This document shows, piece by piece, positions 1-15,466 of a stretch of DNA of 64,000 nt; within the stretch, counting starts at the first letter, position 1; every line of letters begins with the position of its first letter. Origin of the DNA: the human T2T-CHM13v2.0 reference genome, Homo sapiens; assembly GCF_009914755.1 (NCBI RefSeq), contig NC_060928.1; one strand, given 5' to 3'. The notes beneath the pieces are model-generated. The model did not search any database, had not been told where the DNA came from, and worked only from the letters and a program-made list of their open reading frames with translations. The translations under genes were made by a program, and so were the position numbers.

Positions 1-260
<260 letters not shown>

Positions 261-2210
261 TTAGGTTTAGGAAGTTAGGTGTTCAGCAGTCAGACCTCCC
301 TACTCCTCAGATACTTATGCGTGATCTGTAAATTCAGAGCATGTGGTTTGAAATCTTTACAATAGGCTTTGGTTTGGCATCCAAGCCACATGTCCTGGTA
401 CACACTGCTTTGGAGCAATTTAGAATACTTGCTTTGAAGGCTTATTATAAACATAGAAAAATCTGTTTTTTCCACAAGGATAGCACCAGAGTGCCAAAGA
501 AGTTATTATCGTGACTAGAGATCAACGTTTTTACATGGTCCTCTATTATTGAATCAGAGGTGTCATTCCCGATTTTGATAATGTTTATTTTTCTATGTAA
601 GTCAAAATAGAAGGGTTTAAAGAACACCTGTCTCAAAAAGGATCTTTCTTTATTATGCCTTTAGCAATACATTAGCTTCACGTTCTAAAAAAAACATGGT
701 ATATTTACATTTGTGAATGTTTCACTTGCCCATTGATATTTAATTATTTTCTTATATGACTTCTCAGTATAGAATTCTGTTTCTGGGAAAATCCTTACAA
801 CATATGCAGTTTAACCTTCAAAATCAGAAAAGTTTTAGAAATTGGGGGCATTTTTTTTATTTGGGGGCATTCAGTCTTTTAAGGATTCCAGGACATCAAT
901 CTTCATTTCTATAGTATGGATAGTATCTTTTCCCTATCCCACTCCTTCCTTTACATTTCTATATAAGAATGTTGTTACTTTTTTACTTTAAAATTATCTC
1001 TCTATGAATTTGAGTCATTGTGATTAACAAGTTTTCAATTTATGTGTTACCGAATGCGCCAAAAATCTTGTAGGCGAATTTCAATAAAGATACTTTGTTT
1101 CCTTTCAAATCACACAGGGAACACCCATTCCTTTATCTTTTCGTTTTATAGAACTATATATACTCTTTAATATTCTACCATTCGACCAGTTTTTGAAACC
1201 TAGAGAACACAATCTTAATTTTAGTAACTATAAAAACAACAAAATATGTCATTTCCTAATCAATTTATGTCAATTAAACACAATTTTAAAAATATGAATG
1301 AGCTCTACTCAATGAATTCAAACTATTAATTCCCATGGAGAACAATAAACTTTGGTCATAGTTTTGGGAACAAGTTTTTGCACATATTTGATATTGTGTT
1401 CATGAAGCCCAAATAACCATGATTGGAAATAAATTATCATTTTTTCCTACAGTTTTCAGAACCTAGATGATATTACAAAAGCATCTGTTTACATGCTAAG
1501 ACTCATAAATATTGCAAGTTTAATTTTCTCTATCATACCTCATACCAGTGGTGGTAGGGACTATTCTGTCAGCATTCAGCTGTGGCCGTTCTGCTAAGGA
1601 AGACAACATAATTGTTTTTGAAAAGATTTTCAGAGGTTCATGGAGAAATAAAAATAAATTTATATCTTCCTTTAGTGGGTAAGTGGAAGCACTATCATTT
1701 TAAGGTCTTTCAAACTACTATACTTAGGTATTTCCATCATCCATGTGTCTTAAAGTGATTTATGTTTTCTAAAACAAATTTTCAAGTATTCTGCCTTCTG
1801 CGTGATTGTGAATATATGTTGTTAGATCAAAAATGTGTTTGTTAAGGAAATTTCACTTTTAACTGGGATAAAATCTAATTTAAGATAAATAATAAATAAT
1901 AATAACTAGTAAAATAAGTAAACGGTTAATAAATAAACGCTTGATCCATGCTAAAATGACCTCCCTGTCTTATATCTGCCAACCCTGGTTTGGTTGCTTC
2001 TTTAGAATTCCAATGTGTAATAACCCCATCAAGGTTGATAGGGTCTCCCCATCAAGGCTAAAGCAGTTTCAAGACTCAGTAAGTCCAACGAAAAGCCTCT
2101 TTATCCCTACTTTTCCAGAAAAACCCACTTATCCTTATTGGATCAGCTTGACATCATATCCCTAAAGTAATTACTTGGTGAGAGGATGGGAAGCATAGAT
2201 TGCCTTAAAC

Positions 2211-2421
2211 CAGTGGCTCTCATCTGGGGGTAATTTTGCCTCCATGGAATACTTGGCAATGCATAGAGACATTTTTGGTTGTCACAACTGGAAAGATGTT
2301 AGGGATTTGTAATGTGAAGAGGCCAAACATGCTGCAAAATATCCTGTAACGTACAGAAAGCCCCCAACAACAAAAAATAGCAAGCTCCAAGTGTCTATAT
2401 TACCAATATTGAGAAACCCTG
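2211..2421 (+). mobile_element. MER20 hAT-Charlie DNA transposon (MITE)
   Basis: Termini cagtggctctca...tgagaaaccctg, internal gagacatttttggttgtcacaactgg; 8-bp TSD ccttaaac (2203-2210) / ccttaagc (2422-2429). Confidence 0.9.
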
Positions 2422-3334
2422 CCTTAAGCCAATCGGTGCCCACCCTTTGAGCTAAGATTAGTTTCAATCCCATGTGAAGCACATATTAAAAAATGAAAGA
2501 ACAGAGCTCACCAAAGGTCAGTCTGCAGGTTCTTGACAGAAAGCTTGAGAGACAGATGCTGGGGAAACAATCAAAACTATCCATCCCTTACTTCAAAGGC
2601 AATTCAGTATTATTATGCAGAACAATCACAAAACAGTTTATCCTTCACTAGAAATAACAATGCCAAGTATAATACTGTATAATAGATTACAACTATGAGC
2701 AGGGATATTATTAGTTTCTCAAAGTAAACTCAGGAGTTCATCTACATACTTAAAAGGGGCTATATTTTGAGCTATGAAAATGTCACTATATTAATCAGAA
2801 ATGTAGCATATCATATCACCTACAAATCATTCCTTTGGCCTGGGTATTGAATAATTGAATTTCTTATATTTTCTCCATTCTATTAAAGTAAGATATTTCA
2901 AGCAATAATATTCGTAGATTTTTACAGAAGGGGGTTTATCCTTGTGAATATTGTCTCACGGTGACATTTCATTCTGTCAATATTGTTGGAAACATTTCAA
3001 TAGACCACATAAGTAACAGTCACCCACACAGTATTTACATTAGTAATTAACAGGAATAGAATTTTAGGGATTAGAGGCATTACCAACACTCCAGCATTTT
3101 CCTCTGAATGAAATAACCAGCACAGTGGGTGGCCAACTGCATTTTTTAACTTAGCGGGCTAAATTCTGGAATCGAAACTATCAAACTCTTAGGGAAGGGT
3201 TTCACTATAAAGTTTGTTACCAATGAGTTACACTTGTAAGGAAATGCCTCTTAAACAATCCAGCTTAGGAGTTTAGAAAACTTCAGAGCTCTTTCCAAAT
3301 ATATATTGCTACTCATTTTCTATATAGCTGGTCA

Positions 3335-4066
3335 TGTTCTAGGTTAAAAGGCCACAAAGTGAAAATGGGATCAGAGTTCTCCTTTGCTCATAAACACATT
3401 CCACTGTAAGGCTAGAACCACGAGTATTTAATTATGCTCTTTTATGTACGGTCAAAGTTTTTGGAATACAGCACTTATATCTCAGCACTTAGAATATTTT
3501 CAGTAAGAAAAAATGAACAAGGAACAGATGCTTTTGAAAAATTAAACTTACCAACTCCCATCCCTCTTAGTGTGTGTGTGTGTTTGTTTGTTTGTTTGTT
3601 TGTTTTCCCTGACATCTGGGATTCAGTTTAATGGCACCATTTACCCTGGTCACAGAGATTCCAAATCTCAGAATCTTTGAGGTTCCTGCAGCAGCACCAT
3701 ATGCATCCACAAAACCCAAGTCAATCAAAGGAGACAAACACTGTTCCCATATGGTGGTCCTTCAATTCTGAAAGAAAAAAATCAATACCTCAGTATTCAT
3801 CTTGAGGCATTTAGAGTGCTGGATGCCTTATGATCTGATTGGAGATCCTGCATGAGAGAGACATTTGGCACTAATTAAATTTGAATTCTAATTTTAGTTT
3901 TGTCATAGCTTTTGCACCTAAGGTCTTTTCCCTGTCTTATCATCAGTGGTCTGGGAAACGAATACTGAAGCCCTGGGCTGTTCTAGGTTAAAAGGCCACA
4001 AAGTGAAAATGGGATCAGAATTCTCCTTTGCTTATAAACACATTCCTCTGTAAGACTAGAACCACG
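3335..4066 (+). repeat. Dispersed 88-bp direct repeat (3335-3422 and 3979-4066)
   Basis: Both copies read tgttctaggttaaaaggccacaaagtgaaaatgggatcag...ctagaaccacg; 4 mismatches by hand alignment. Confidence 0.95.
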
Positions 4067-4660
4067 CAGCTGTGCTTCTGATTTTGAGCTGAGACCTGGA
4101 TGCCTTCATTATGTCAGTGTCTGCCCTCCACTAGTCTAGGTTGTTGAGGTCTAGATAATTAAAATGATATAGAAGCATGAGCCATGCTTATACTAACTAT
4201 AACTTTTAAAATTATTTTGAAATTATTTAATTTCTGGTTTTATTGCTCTGGAATAAAATGCCTATAAAAGGTGCAAAGAAATACCATAATATTTTTCTCT
4301 TGGAATGAAACAACGAATGAATCGCATGTTAAAATTGTTTAAATATTTAACATTGTATAATATGACTTAGCAAAGAAAAGTCTTGAAATAATATTGAAAC
4401 TCAAATGATCCTTTCTTCCCCTTTCTTTAGTTCAGTTTGAACTTTAAAATGCAGTAAAATAATTCCATGTGTTCTACTCTAAAAATAATTGCTGCAGTTT
4501 TTACAGTCCTAACATTTCTTGTTTTTTAACACATATACCAAATGAGGCATTGTTAGATAATGCATAGTAAATGGTATGATTCATTTGTAACAGAGAAAAA
4601 CAAAACTTGTTTTTAGCAGTAATCAAATGTTTCAGTCTGAATAGAAAATAACTAAAAAGT

Positions 4661-5027
<367 letters not shown>

Positions 5028-6185
5028 TTATAAAAAGAAAGTATCTTGCAACAAAATGGAAATCAGAAGTAAACTATTCTGCGTTTTGAGGAAGCCTTTA
5101 AATTCGTCTCATTATAACTTTCACTTCCACAGAAAATAAGGAAGTAATTTTCATAGAATTTGGATCTTAAAAAGTAAATAATATTTTTTACTTTTTGTGT
5201 ATAGGCATGGAGTGGAGAAGATTGTTAGTTTTGTTTTGTCAGAGAGAACTTGACATTTCATAAGAAAAGTCAACAGCAAATGTGTGTCCACAATAATACT
5301 AAATAGATAATGTGATGGTACTCTGTAGAAGCATCTGGCAAACTCTAGTGAAGTCAGAATAAGTGCAAGAATATACACTCTAATTAATTATTCCATATTC
5401 TATGTGAAAATTGTGATGTGTGAGTAGTTATAGTCTAGGGATACAAGTAAATTATGTATAGTTCAAGATCATTGATTTCAAACTTAACATATAAGAGAAA
5501 CCAAAATGCTGTTGTTTTGGCAATAATATTACCTTGATACAAAAAAGTGCAAGTTTTACTTTTTAAGCAAGTGACACATATCCATGGTTTCTGTATTTCT
5601 ATAGACCTTTATGAAAAGCTTATGTATGTGAAATGAGTACTGAGAATTGATGCTGAGCAAGTCCAGGATTGACAGCATAAACAGACTCAAAATGCCCATG
5701 AAAATAAGCCTTCATCTAAGATATTCTTCCACATACACTCCTCAGCCAGGAATCATACTAAATGCTGGGAACTTAAACATGCCTAAAATAGTCCCTAATT
5801 ACAAGGAGATTTAATGGGAGAGACGACAAATACTTTACATAAAATATGGTAGATGCAATGAGAGTGATACAGGTAATTAAAGTATCCCTGGAAGGGCTCC
5901 TAATGCAGCCTGAGGTGAGCTAGAAAATGTCATAGAGAGGTTGGAATCTTAGCTCAGTCTTAAACTGTACATAAAAAAAAAGGGGTCACAGTGCATTCTA
6001 GGCTAAGGCTTTACCATGGGCTAAAGGGGAAGTATGGGATTGCACAGATGTGAAGTGAACTAATGCAGTTTGGTGAACATTTGAAGTTAAAGTGTAAATC
6101 AGAGAGCTGTAATGATGAGGTATCTACAGACAAGGCAAAATAATAGCTTGCTTATTATGTCAAGAGCATTGGATTTTCTAATGAC

Positions 6186-6561
6186 TGTGTTAGTTTGCTA
6201 AGGCTGCCATAACAAAATACCAGAGATTGGGTGGCTTGAATATCAGAAATGTATTTTCTCACATTTCTGGAGTCTAGAAGTTCAAGATCAAGGTATTGTC
6301 AAGGCCTTTCCTTGGCTTGTAGACAGACAGGTCCTCACTGTGTCCTTACTTGGCCTTTTCTCTGTGCCCTTAAACTCCTTGTGTCTCTTTCTTTTCTTAT
6401 AAGGACATCAGTCCTATTGGACGAGGGTCCCATCTTTATGACCTTATTTAACCTCGTTTAGTCTTTTTAAAGGCCCCGTCTTCAAATATAGTCACATTGG
6501 AGGTTAGGGCTTTATTATATGAATTTGGGGGCAGGGAGAGGGGACAATTTAGTCCATAATA
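6186..6561 (-). mobile_element. MLT1A-type MaLR solo LTR
   Basis: tgtgttagtttgctaaggctgccataacaaaatacc...tcaagatcaaggt...ttagtccataata; 5-bp TSD-like atgac/atgat. Confidence 0.88.
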
Positions 6562-6784
6562 ATGATCATGAAGAGGTCTCACTGCAGTTTTAAGTGAGGA
6601 AGCAAAATAAATTCTTGCATTAGGAGAGTCCCTGTCTTGCATAATGAGGATAGAATTAAGGGGAAAATAATGGGGGTATGAGGACCAATTGGAAACATAA
6701 CAAGTCCAGATATGAGAGGATTGATTTAGGGTGGTTGTGGAATGAATGGAGAAGGGAAACTGAATTGAGAGAAAACCATAGTGT

Positions 6785-7862
<1,078 letters not shown>

Positions 7863-10800
7863 TTGTTAATTGGATTCAGACCGTGAGAAAAGAAAAAAGA
7901 ACAGAATAAATCCAAAGCTTCTGTCTTAGGAAGTAGGTGGTGGCATTCCATAGGAGGAGAGCAGTGAATAAACATCTGTAAGGCCCATTAAACTGGACCA
8001 GTCTGCTTCCACTGACTGCCTCCTACCAGCTTCCCACATTTGCACACACAGCTTTGACTTTTCATACTCCCAATCTTGTTCCATCTGATCCAGTCATGAT
8101 GATGTCCTTGAACTTGGCAGAGGCCGAACATCTAACAATGCTGTTAGTTCTTCCAATGATCAAGTTAACAGCATAAACACTGTTCATATTAATTTACTGT
8201 AAAATGCTAAAGACTATTTCAGAGAATATACAGAAAAACAAAAACCCTCTTACAGTTGACATTATAAGTAAACTGAATTAAAAACCAAACAAAACCCCAA
8301 AACAAATAAAAACTGAGGCGAATATTAGAAATGCAAAAGGAAAAAAAAGCAATTTGAAAACTCATTCAGTCCACATTTTTTTAATGTATTAAAGTTTGTT
8401 ACTTAGCTATTTTATTATTTATTTGGCTCTTTTGCTGACCTTTCTGCATATTTTACTGCATGTGTACAAGGAGATAATAAGAATGAGGAAGTAAAATTTT
8501 CGTCTGTGAATTTTGTTTTCTAAATATGTCTCTGTTTTCTTTTTTGGGACACTATAAGGTCATAGACACATGGAATTTACTATAACTTTTATTTATCTGT
8601 ACTATTAATTGACAATAGTCTAAATCATTGAAATATGCAACAGCATAGAGATATGACTTAGAACTATAACGGATATTGATAGTGACATTCAGTCATCTCA
8701 GTCAAATCATGTGGCAGTGTTCTTGAAACAAGCTTATAATCTTCTTTTGGAAAATTAATATTTCACTGACTATCTGTGAACCATTTGGAATTGCTTGCTT
8801 AAGATTAAGGTAAAAAAGTAATAGTTATTTTCACTTTAAAAATTGTCTTTTTTTTCTTTACAGTTTAGCATTCAGTTAGAATGGGAGATAATGCTTATTT
8901 GTTAGTGTTTATGTAGATAAGCCTTATCAACTGTGAAGCTATTAACTGTAAAAAGGAAGTCACAGCAGGGATAAGGCAGGAAAATCATTGCCAACAATAT
9001 TTATATTGGTTAGTCTGTTCGCCAATTTTACATGAAAAAGATATCTGAGTTCCAAATTGTTTAATGTTGAGATTAATTAAAATTTGCTCATCAGTATTCT
9101 CAGAGAAATCTAAACTCATGTGTTATTCCTCACCTCCTAAAAAAATAAAGTTTAACTCTGCAGAAGTGCAAATACACAATTAATAAGCAAGGTATAATAT
9201 GCTGTATGTACTATTTTGGACTACACCCTAAAGACTATTTTAAAACCTTTATTAGGTTTCATAAAGTCATTTATGAGTAAGACAGTGCCTGATTAATTTT
9301 CATGGCTATTAATATTTAATAGACTAGTTCTTAAAATTAAAGGAGTAAACATGGTTCATGCAGAAAACACCCAAAATACTTAGGATTAATTTTAAAGTAT
9401 TTCATGTCTTAAATCACATTATTAATATTGAGTTCAGTTTGTCTGTGTATGTTTTGAGTATCTTAGAGTTCTTCCTCCTGAATTTTCTTTCCTGTATGTA
9501 CAATCCTGATTATGCAGCCCAGCTTCACCTAATATTGTTATGTCTTAATCCCTCCTTCCCTCGGGCACGCCCTGTGTTATTTTCAAATGTGTAGCATTGT
9601 GATAACAAATATATTAAATTAGGACCCTCCAGCTTCTGATCTGAATTTTAAAATGGCCTGTGAGCAGTCATTTTTTAATATACGGAATAAATTTGGCATA
9701 AATTATGGATGATTATTTTAGCTACCTTTAATAACCCACCCCCAAAGAAATTGAAATGAAAGATATATAATAGGTACCAAAGATGTGTCATGCACAGGGT
9801 GGTTTGTATTTATGTCTAAATACAGACATTTTTGAAAGTAAAAATGGGCAGTGTTAGTAATTATATCAAGATTATAGTAGGACACCCAGAGGGTTCTGTA
9901 CTAACTGGAATGTGTGTATGAAGTCTAATGAAAAGAATTAATTATATTTTTATGAGCATTTTAGTTTAAAATAAGGGAAGTGAGATATATATATATATAT
10001 ATACTTCTTATAAAAGAGCCTGATTTTATTTCTAATGCAAGGGAATCTATGACATGAACATTTAATATATAATATTTAAATCTCTAACCTAGCACCTTTC
10101 TTCCAGTCAAGTGTCACATTCCTGTAACCCATTCTTAATTTTAAACTTATGTGCGTAATGCATTGTTTCTTCATCTCTGATTAGTTCTACTGCCAAGAAT
10201 TACCCAGGGGTATGTCAGCAACTACAGTTTATAAGTTGTGTAATTTCAGATTTAGACATGATAGATCATCTTCTTCTGTCGGGACTGATCTTTAACAGTT
10301 GTGATGAACAGAGGAAAAATATTTCCAATCTTTCTTGGTGAAATACAACTTAACCTTTCATAATGTAAATGATGTGTCAGATTAAGAGTAACCGTAGTCT
10401 AAGAATTTTTTCCAAGTCTAAGATAATTTCTCAAAATATAATTTCATTGAATTTATAGTGAGACGGTCAAGTGGCTAGAGAATGTCACATTTTCTCTTGA
10501 TTTTTAATAAGACTGTAGACAAACATTCAAATGTTCAGTTAATTCTCCTAACATATTATCTGCTTGTCGGTGGACAGATAAAAGAAAAGTGACTTTAATC
10601 GTGGCAAACAGAACCTTACATTAATGCATTGGAAAAGGAAATCTTTTTTTTTTCTTTTAAACTAGAATCCATTTTATAGAGGTCAAAAAATAAATATTAA
10701 AAAGATAGTGGGGTGTAGAGTGTTTGCATATAATCAGCATTAGCAATTTGATTAAAAAGTGACAACTACTTATCAAGATCTTTTAATATTCTTAGGCATA

Positions 10801-10870
10801 GAGAAAATATTGTCTTTCTTTCCCCACACGAGACCATTATGTCAAAATGTTAATATATGTAGGACCATTC

Positions 10871-11290
10871 TGTGTTAGGCAGATGTTAGATGCTCTCAGA
10901 AATAAACCCTAAAATTTCGGTTGCTTAACACATAGAAATTTATTGTTTGTCCATATGCGTTTTTCAGAGTTGATGCTTAACAGGTAGTTTTCTTTCATAT
11001 GAAACTTGTGATTCCTATCATCCCTATGGCTCAGGAGTCCCCTGCATCCAGCCTATGGGGCAGACAGAGGAAATAGATGAGATGCGGAAGAACCCTTACA
11101 GGTACTCAAAACAATGGCCTAGAAAGATCACCATTGCTTCCAGTCACAAGCCACTGGCAAGAACCAGTCACATGGCCATACCTGATGAGAGTGTTGTGCT
11201 GGCCTATATAGTTTCCAGTGAGCAGCCACTTCTCACATGCAGAAATAAAAAACCTAGATTTTTTGTTGAAAAACTAGCTGTCTATGTCAT
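10871..11290 (-). mobile_element. Old MaLR LTR (MLT1J/K/L-like)
   Basis: ttgcttaacacatagaaatttattg and ccactggcaagaaccagtcacatggccatacct motifs typical of old MLT1. Confidence 0.6.
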
Positions 11291-11487
11291 AGTAGCTATA
11301 GTAAATTTAATTTGATGGTGAAAACCCATTTGAAATATGAGTATTAGCAAGCTGTCAGAGTGCCTCTAGGGAGGCAAGCTGTTCTCCCTGGGAGAACAGA
11401 AATTTAAGTGAAAAATATCTTCAGTAAATATCTTTTTTTACATTTTGAAATAATACTATGTGCATGAATTAATTGTTTAAAAATTAA

Positions 11488-11780
11488 GGCCAGGCACGGC
11501 GGCTCGTGCTTGTAATCCCGGCACTTTCAGAGACTGGGGTTGGAGGACCACTTGAGGCCAGATTCAAGACCAGTCTGGGTAATATAGTGAGACCTCATCT
11601 CTGCAAAAAATTTAACAATTTATTGGGTGTGGTGGTGTGTGCCTATAGTCCTAGCTACTCAGGAGGCTGAGGTGGGAGGATCCCTTGAGCCCGGAATTCA
11701 AGGTTACAGTGAGCTATGATTATGTCACTGCACTCCAGCTAGGTGACAGAGTAAGATCGTGTCTAAAAAATATATATATA
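11488..11780 (+). mobile_element. AluJ
   Basis: Dimeric Alu with J-type ggaggatcccttgagccc and gagctatgat; tail decayed to (ta)n. Confidence 0.93.
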
Positions 11781-12244
11781 TTATATGGAAAGAAATCTTT
11801 TAAGTAACTCATTTGCCTTAGTGTTTTAGAATAAGCCTCATACATTTCTTGTTCACTCAGGGTAAGAATGGTAAAAATGGAAATTTGGTCATTTGAAGAG
11901 AATAAAGTTGAAAACATAAAATAGGACTTGCTTAATTTTTCTATTGGAAAATGTTCCCATATAAAAAACAAACAAATAAAAAATAACTACCTTTATGCTA
12001 GTTAGATTGAACTGTGGCCAATTTAAGCTTATGATGAATGCTTCAGAAATGAAAGCAAGTATAATACAATTCTTGGCATGATTTTGATACCCTTCTGTCT
12101 TTCAGCCATGAGGTTATTGTGAATTTTATCAAACGAATCATTTATTGTTGGGAAGCCTTCTCTCTTCACTTGTGACAGATCTCCAAATGATAGTCTGCTA
12201 AATGGCTCCTTAGAAACCAGAAACAATAGTCAAAGGCTCACCAG

Positions 12245-12258
12245 CCACTAGATGGTGA
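12245..12258 (+). promoter_or_regulatory. Candidate CTCF core motif
   Basis: CCACTAGATGGTGA, close to CCASYAGRKGGCRS, in non-repetitive sequence; motif match only. Confidence 0.4.
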
Positions 12259-13295
12259 AAAGAATGATAGTTATTTCTGTGTTTTGTCCTGAAAATATAC
12301 ACCTTTTAGTTATTTGTTGGATCAACCAAAAATACGAGGAATCTCTTGACTAGTTTCTCAAGAGTTCACATTAGCACAATAACCTTTTCCTTACTTCTAC
12401 AGGATAGTTATTACCTTCAGTAGATAGAGTAACGTGCTTTTGAAGATCACTAAAATACTAAAAACACTTTTAAAAAACCTAAAATGCAAAAATCACTCCC
12501 TTTTTATCATTTGGAAAATGAAGTATGTTGCTAAAACCAAAAGTGATGGATTTTGGCTTTTGCAACCTAGTATGCAGAATAAAGGGCCATTTATAGGTTT
12601 TATTACTCTGAACACCCTTAATTACTTATTACTATATATGGGATGTCTGAAGTGCTGAGCTGTTTAGTTTAGTCTAACCCATTGAGCATAAGATTGGCAG
12701 TTCCACATTAGGTTCTAGTAGGTGTAACCCCCAGGGCATAACTGGGAGCTACTGTCTACATAAGGGGAGAAAAGAGAGAAGAAGAAATCTTAGAGCTTTT
12801 TAAAATCTCAACCAGGTGCATTTATTTGCTTCTTTTTTTTTAATCATCCTAAATCACTGTATAGGATACCCATATGTGATTTGAAGTAATTTAACAGAAG
12901 TGTTAAAGGGGTAAATTAGTTCTGAAAATTAAGTAATCATATCTTGTGCCTTACCATGGCCTTCAATGCTAAACATGACGTGAACCTCTAAATCCTATCA
13001 TCTCCTGCCGTGTTCCCCATGCTCATCAAATTCCATTCACATGATTTGTGGTGCTGGGTATGTTCTTTTGTTACCTGTTCTTTAGATTGATCTAGGGACT
13101 CTTTGAAGCAGATTTAAATGAGAGTATAATTTTTATTTTTCTTCTTTGCTTGTCTTGTTTTGAATATTTTGCTACAAAGAAGAATCATCTTTTATATTTG
13201 ACATGGTATATTTAAGACATAGTCATGAAATTCTTGTATCCTGAATTTTTCACTGATGTTTTCTAAAAATTGTTGTGTGTTTAAAAAGTTGATCA

Positions 13296-13598
<303 letters not shown>

Positions 13599-13668
13599 TT
13601 ACATGTTGTAGTAATACATTTAATTGTAATCACATTAGTATGATGTTAAACAAAATATGTAAACTGAG

Positions 13669-13701
13669 ATGCAAATGGGGGGAATATATCACCTATAAAA
13701 A
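13669..13701 (+). promoter_or_regulatory. Candidate octamer plus TATA core promoter
   Basis: ATGCAAAT at 13669-13676, TATAAAA at 13694-13700, downstream donor GCG|gtaagg after 13835. Confidence 0.25.
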
Positions 13702-14509
13702 TGAACAATGGAATAGCAGTGCTGCAACTTGATACTGCTGCGTGCAAGATTCCAACTGTGAAGAAAGAGGCATGTATACTGTTTCAAAATGATGTGCATC
13801 AAAGTTGTCAGTATGAATTTGTCCAAACTTTAGCGGTAAGGATGGTTAGTGAATAATGAATTTATTTCTCCACGTTTATTTTTTTTAATAAATTGAAAAA
13901 TAGTATTTTTACAAAGGAAATACAATATCTATAGCTCAAAAAATTACAAAATAAAAAAGTACTGCTGCTAACTATATTTGCAGTATTCACAATTACCAGC
14001 CAGCACAGAAGTGAAAATTGTCTGTATACTGGAAAATTCAAAGGCTACCAGCATAATGCTCAATACAGACCTCTCACTAATAGCATTATGCATGCTTACA
14101 TTGAGAATCACCTCAAAAAAATTGAATTTATTCCAAGTGGCAAACTTCAGAAGGATCTCTTTCCAAACTTTGTAGCATGCAGTTCAGAAAGTGATTGATC
14201 TTCTTAAGCAATTGCTGATGTCTGCTAGGAGGCAGTTAATGTTTAAGGTCACTACTTATTCTGTGTGCCATTCATCCCTCCTTCAAATACTTTCACTGCA
14301 GGATGTGAGCAATCAGTTGGGATCCTGATGACTAAAATATAAAGACTAGCTTCTGATGGTTTCAACAAGCCACACTAGATTTAAAGCAACTTTTAGCATA
14401 GTAATCACCCTACTGCTAACAGAATAAAGGTAAATGTATCAAATCTAATAGAGAAAGAAAATCCAGGATTTCAAGGAAGGACATATTGTATGTGGAATGG
14501 TGAGCACTT

Positions 14510-14830
14510 TTTTCAGTGTCTTCTTAAAAGTCACTTCATAAAATAAGTCTTTCCTGACTTCCCTGTCTAAAATAGAAGTCATAGCACCCACCCGCATCAG
14601 ACACACTTATTTTACTCCTTTCTTTTGATTTATTTTTCTTCAGACATGACTACCAGTCATTATAATCTATTTTAATTTTGATTTATTTATTTTTGTCTCA
14701 TCCAACTAGAATATCAGCTCTATGAGCATAGAGACTTTGGATTTTTTGCTCGTTGCTTTATGTTGGTGTTAAAAGCAGTGCCTGGACATAAGCAACATTT
14801 TAAAAGAAATAAGTATAGGAATGATATGGA
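14510..14830 (+). mobile_element. L2 3' end fragment
   Basis: actagaatatcagctctatgagcatagagactttgg...agcagtgcctggacata resembles the L2 3' terminus. Confidence 0.65.
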
Positions 14831-15423
14831 GGAAGAAAGAATGTATTGTTCTTCTTTCTCACTGGGACAAAAATAAGGCATTTTCCGTAAGCAATCTCAG
14901 AATATAGAAAGACTTTTAAAAGAACCCTTTATAATGAAAGAGAAGCTATTAATTTATGGCATAATGATTAAAAATGAGTACAGTTTGCAAGTAAATGAAA
15001 ATATTAGTTTGAGGTATGCCTAAGGATGAAGAGTTTAAGAAATCTACCATTTTGAGAAATAACTCTTCTGAATTTGTTTATAATAATTATTAAATTATCT
15101 TTAATGTGCCCAGTGTTTTGCTGGGCTTTACATAAAAAGAGTAATTGATCATTTGTCCTGTCCTTCAAAAGTTCACAGTCGAGAGGGATGAGAACAAGTA
15201 GAAAATATTTCTATCAGTAATGTATGTGCTAAAATAAACACCGGTAAAAGGGTCTGTGAGAATAAAGAAGAAAAACGCCTTGCAATATTAAGGGGAAGCT
15301 TCAAAAAAGGGGTGATATTCAAATTGAATTTTGAAATATGAATAGGGATTTGTTGGTTGTTTAGACAAAAGAACGAAGAAGAACAGAAGTGTGAGAAAGA
15401 ATTTTATACGTCGGTTGGAATAT

Positions 15424-15466
15424 TGTGTGTGTGTGTGTGTGTGTGTGTATGTTTGTGTATGTGTGT
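15424..15466. repeat. (TG)n microsatellite
   Basis: tgtgtgtg... run with an imperfect tail. Confidence 0.95.

Noticed and set aside
290-636. Two overlapping minus-strand ORFs behind an acceptor-like gacag, suggesting a frameshifted pseudo-exon
   Set aside because: No recognisable protein similarity and a weak pyrimidine tract; compatible with chance
8080-8200. Short open frames on both strands in complex unique sequence
   Set aside because: Under 45 codons, no convincing splice-site pair, no recognisable homology
10300-10380. GTGATGA box C-like motif suggesting a C/D snoRNA
   Set aside because: No suitably placed CTGA box D or terminal stem
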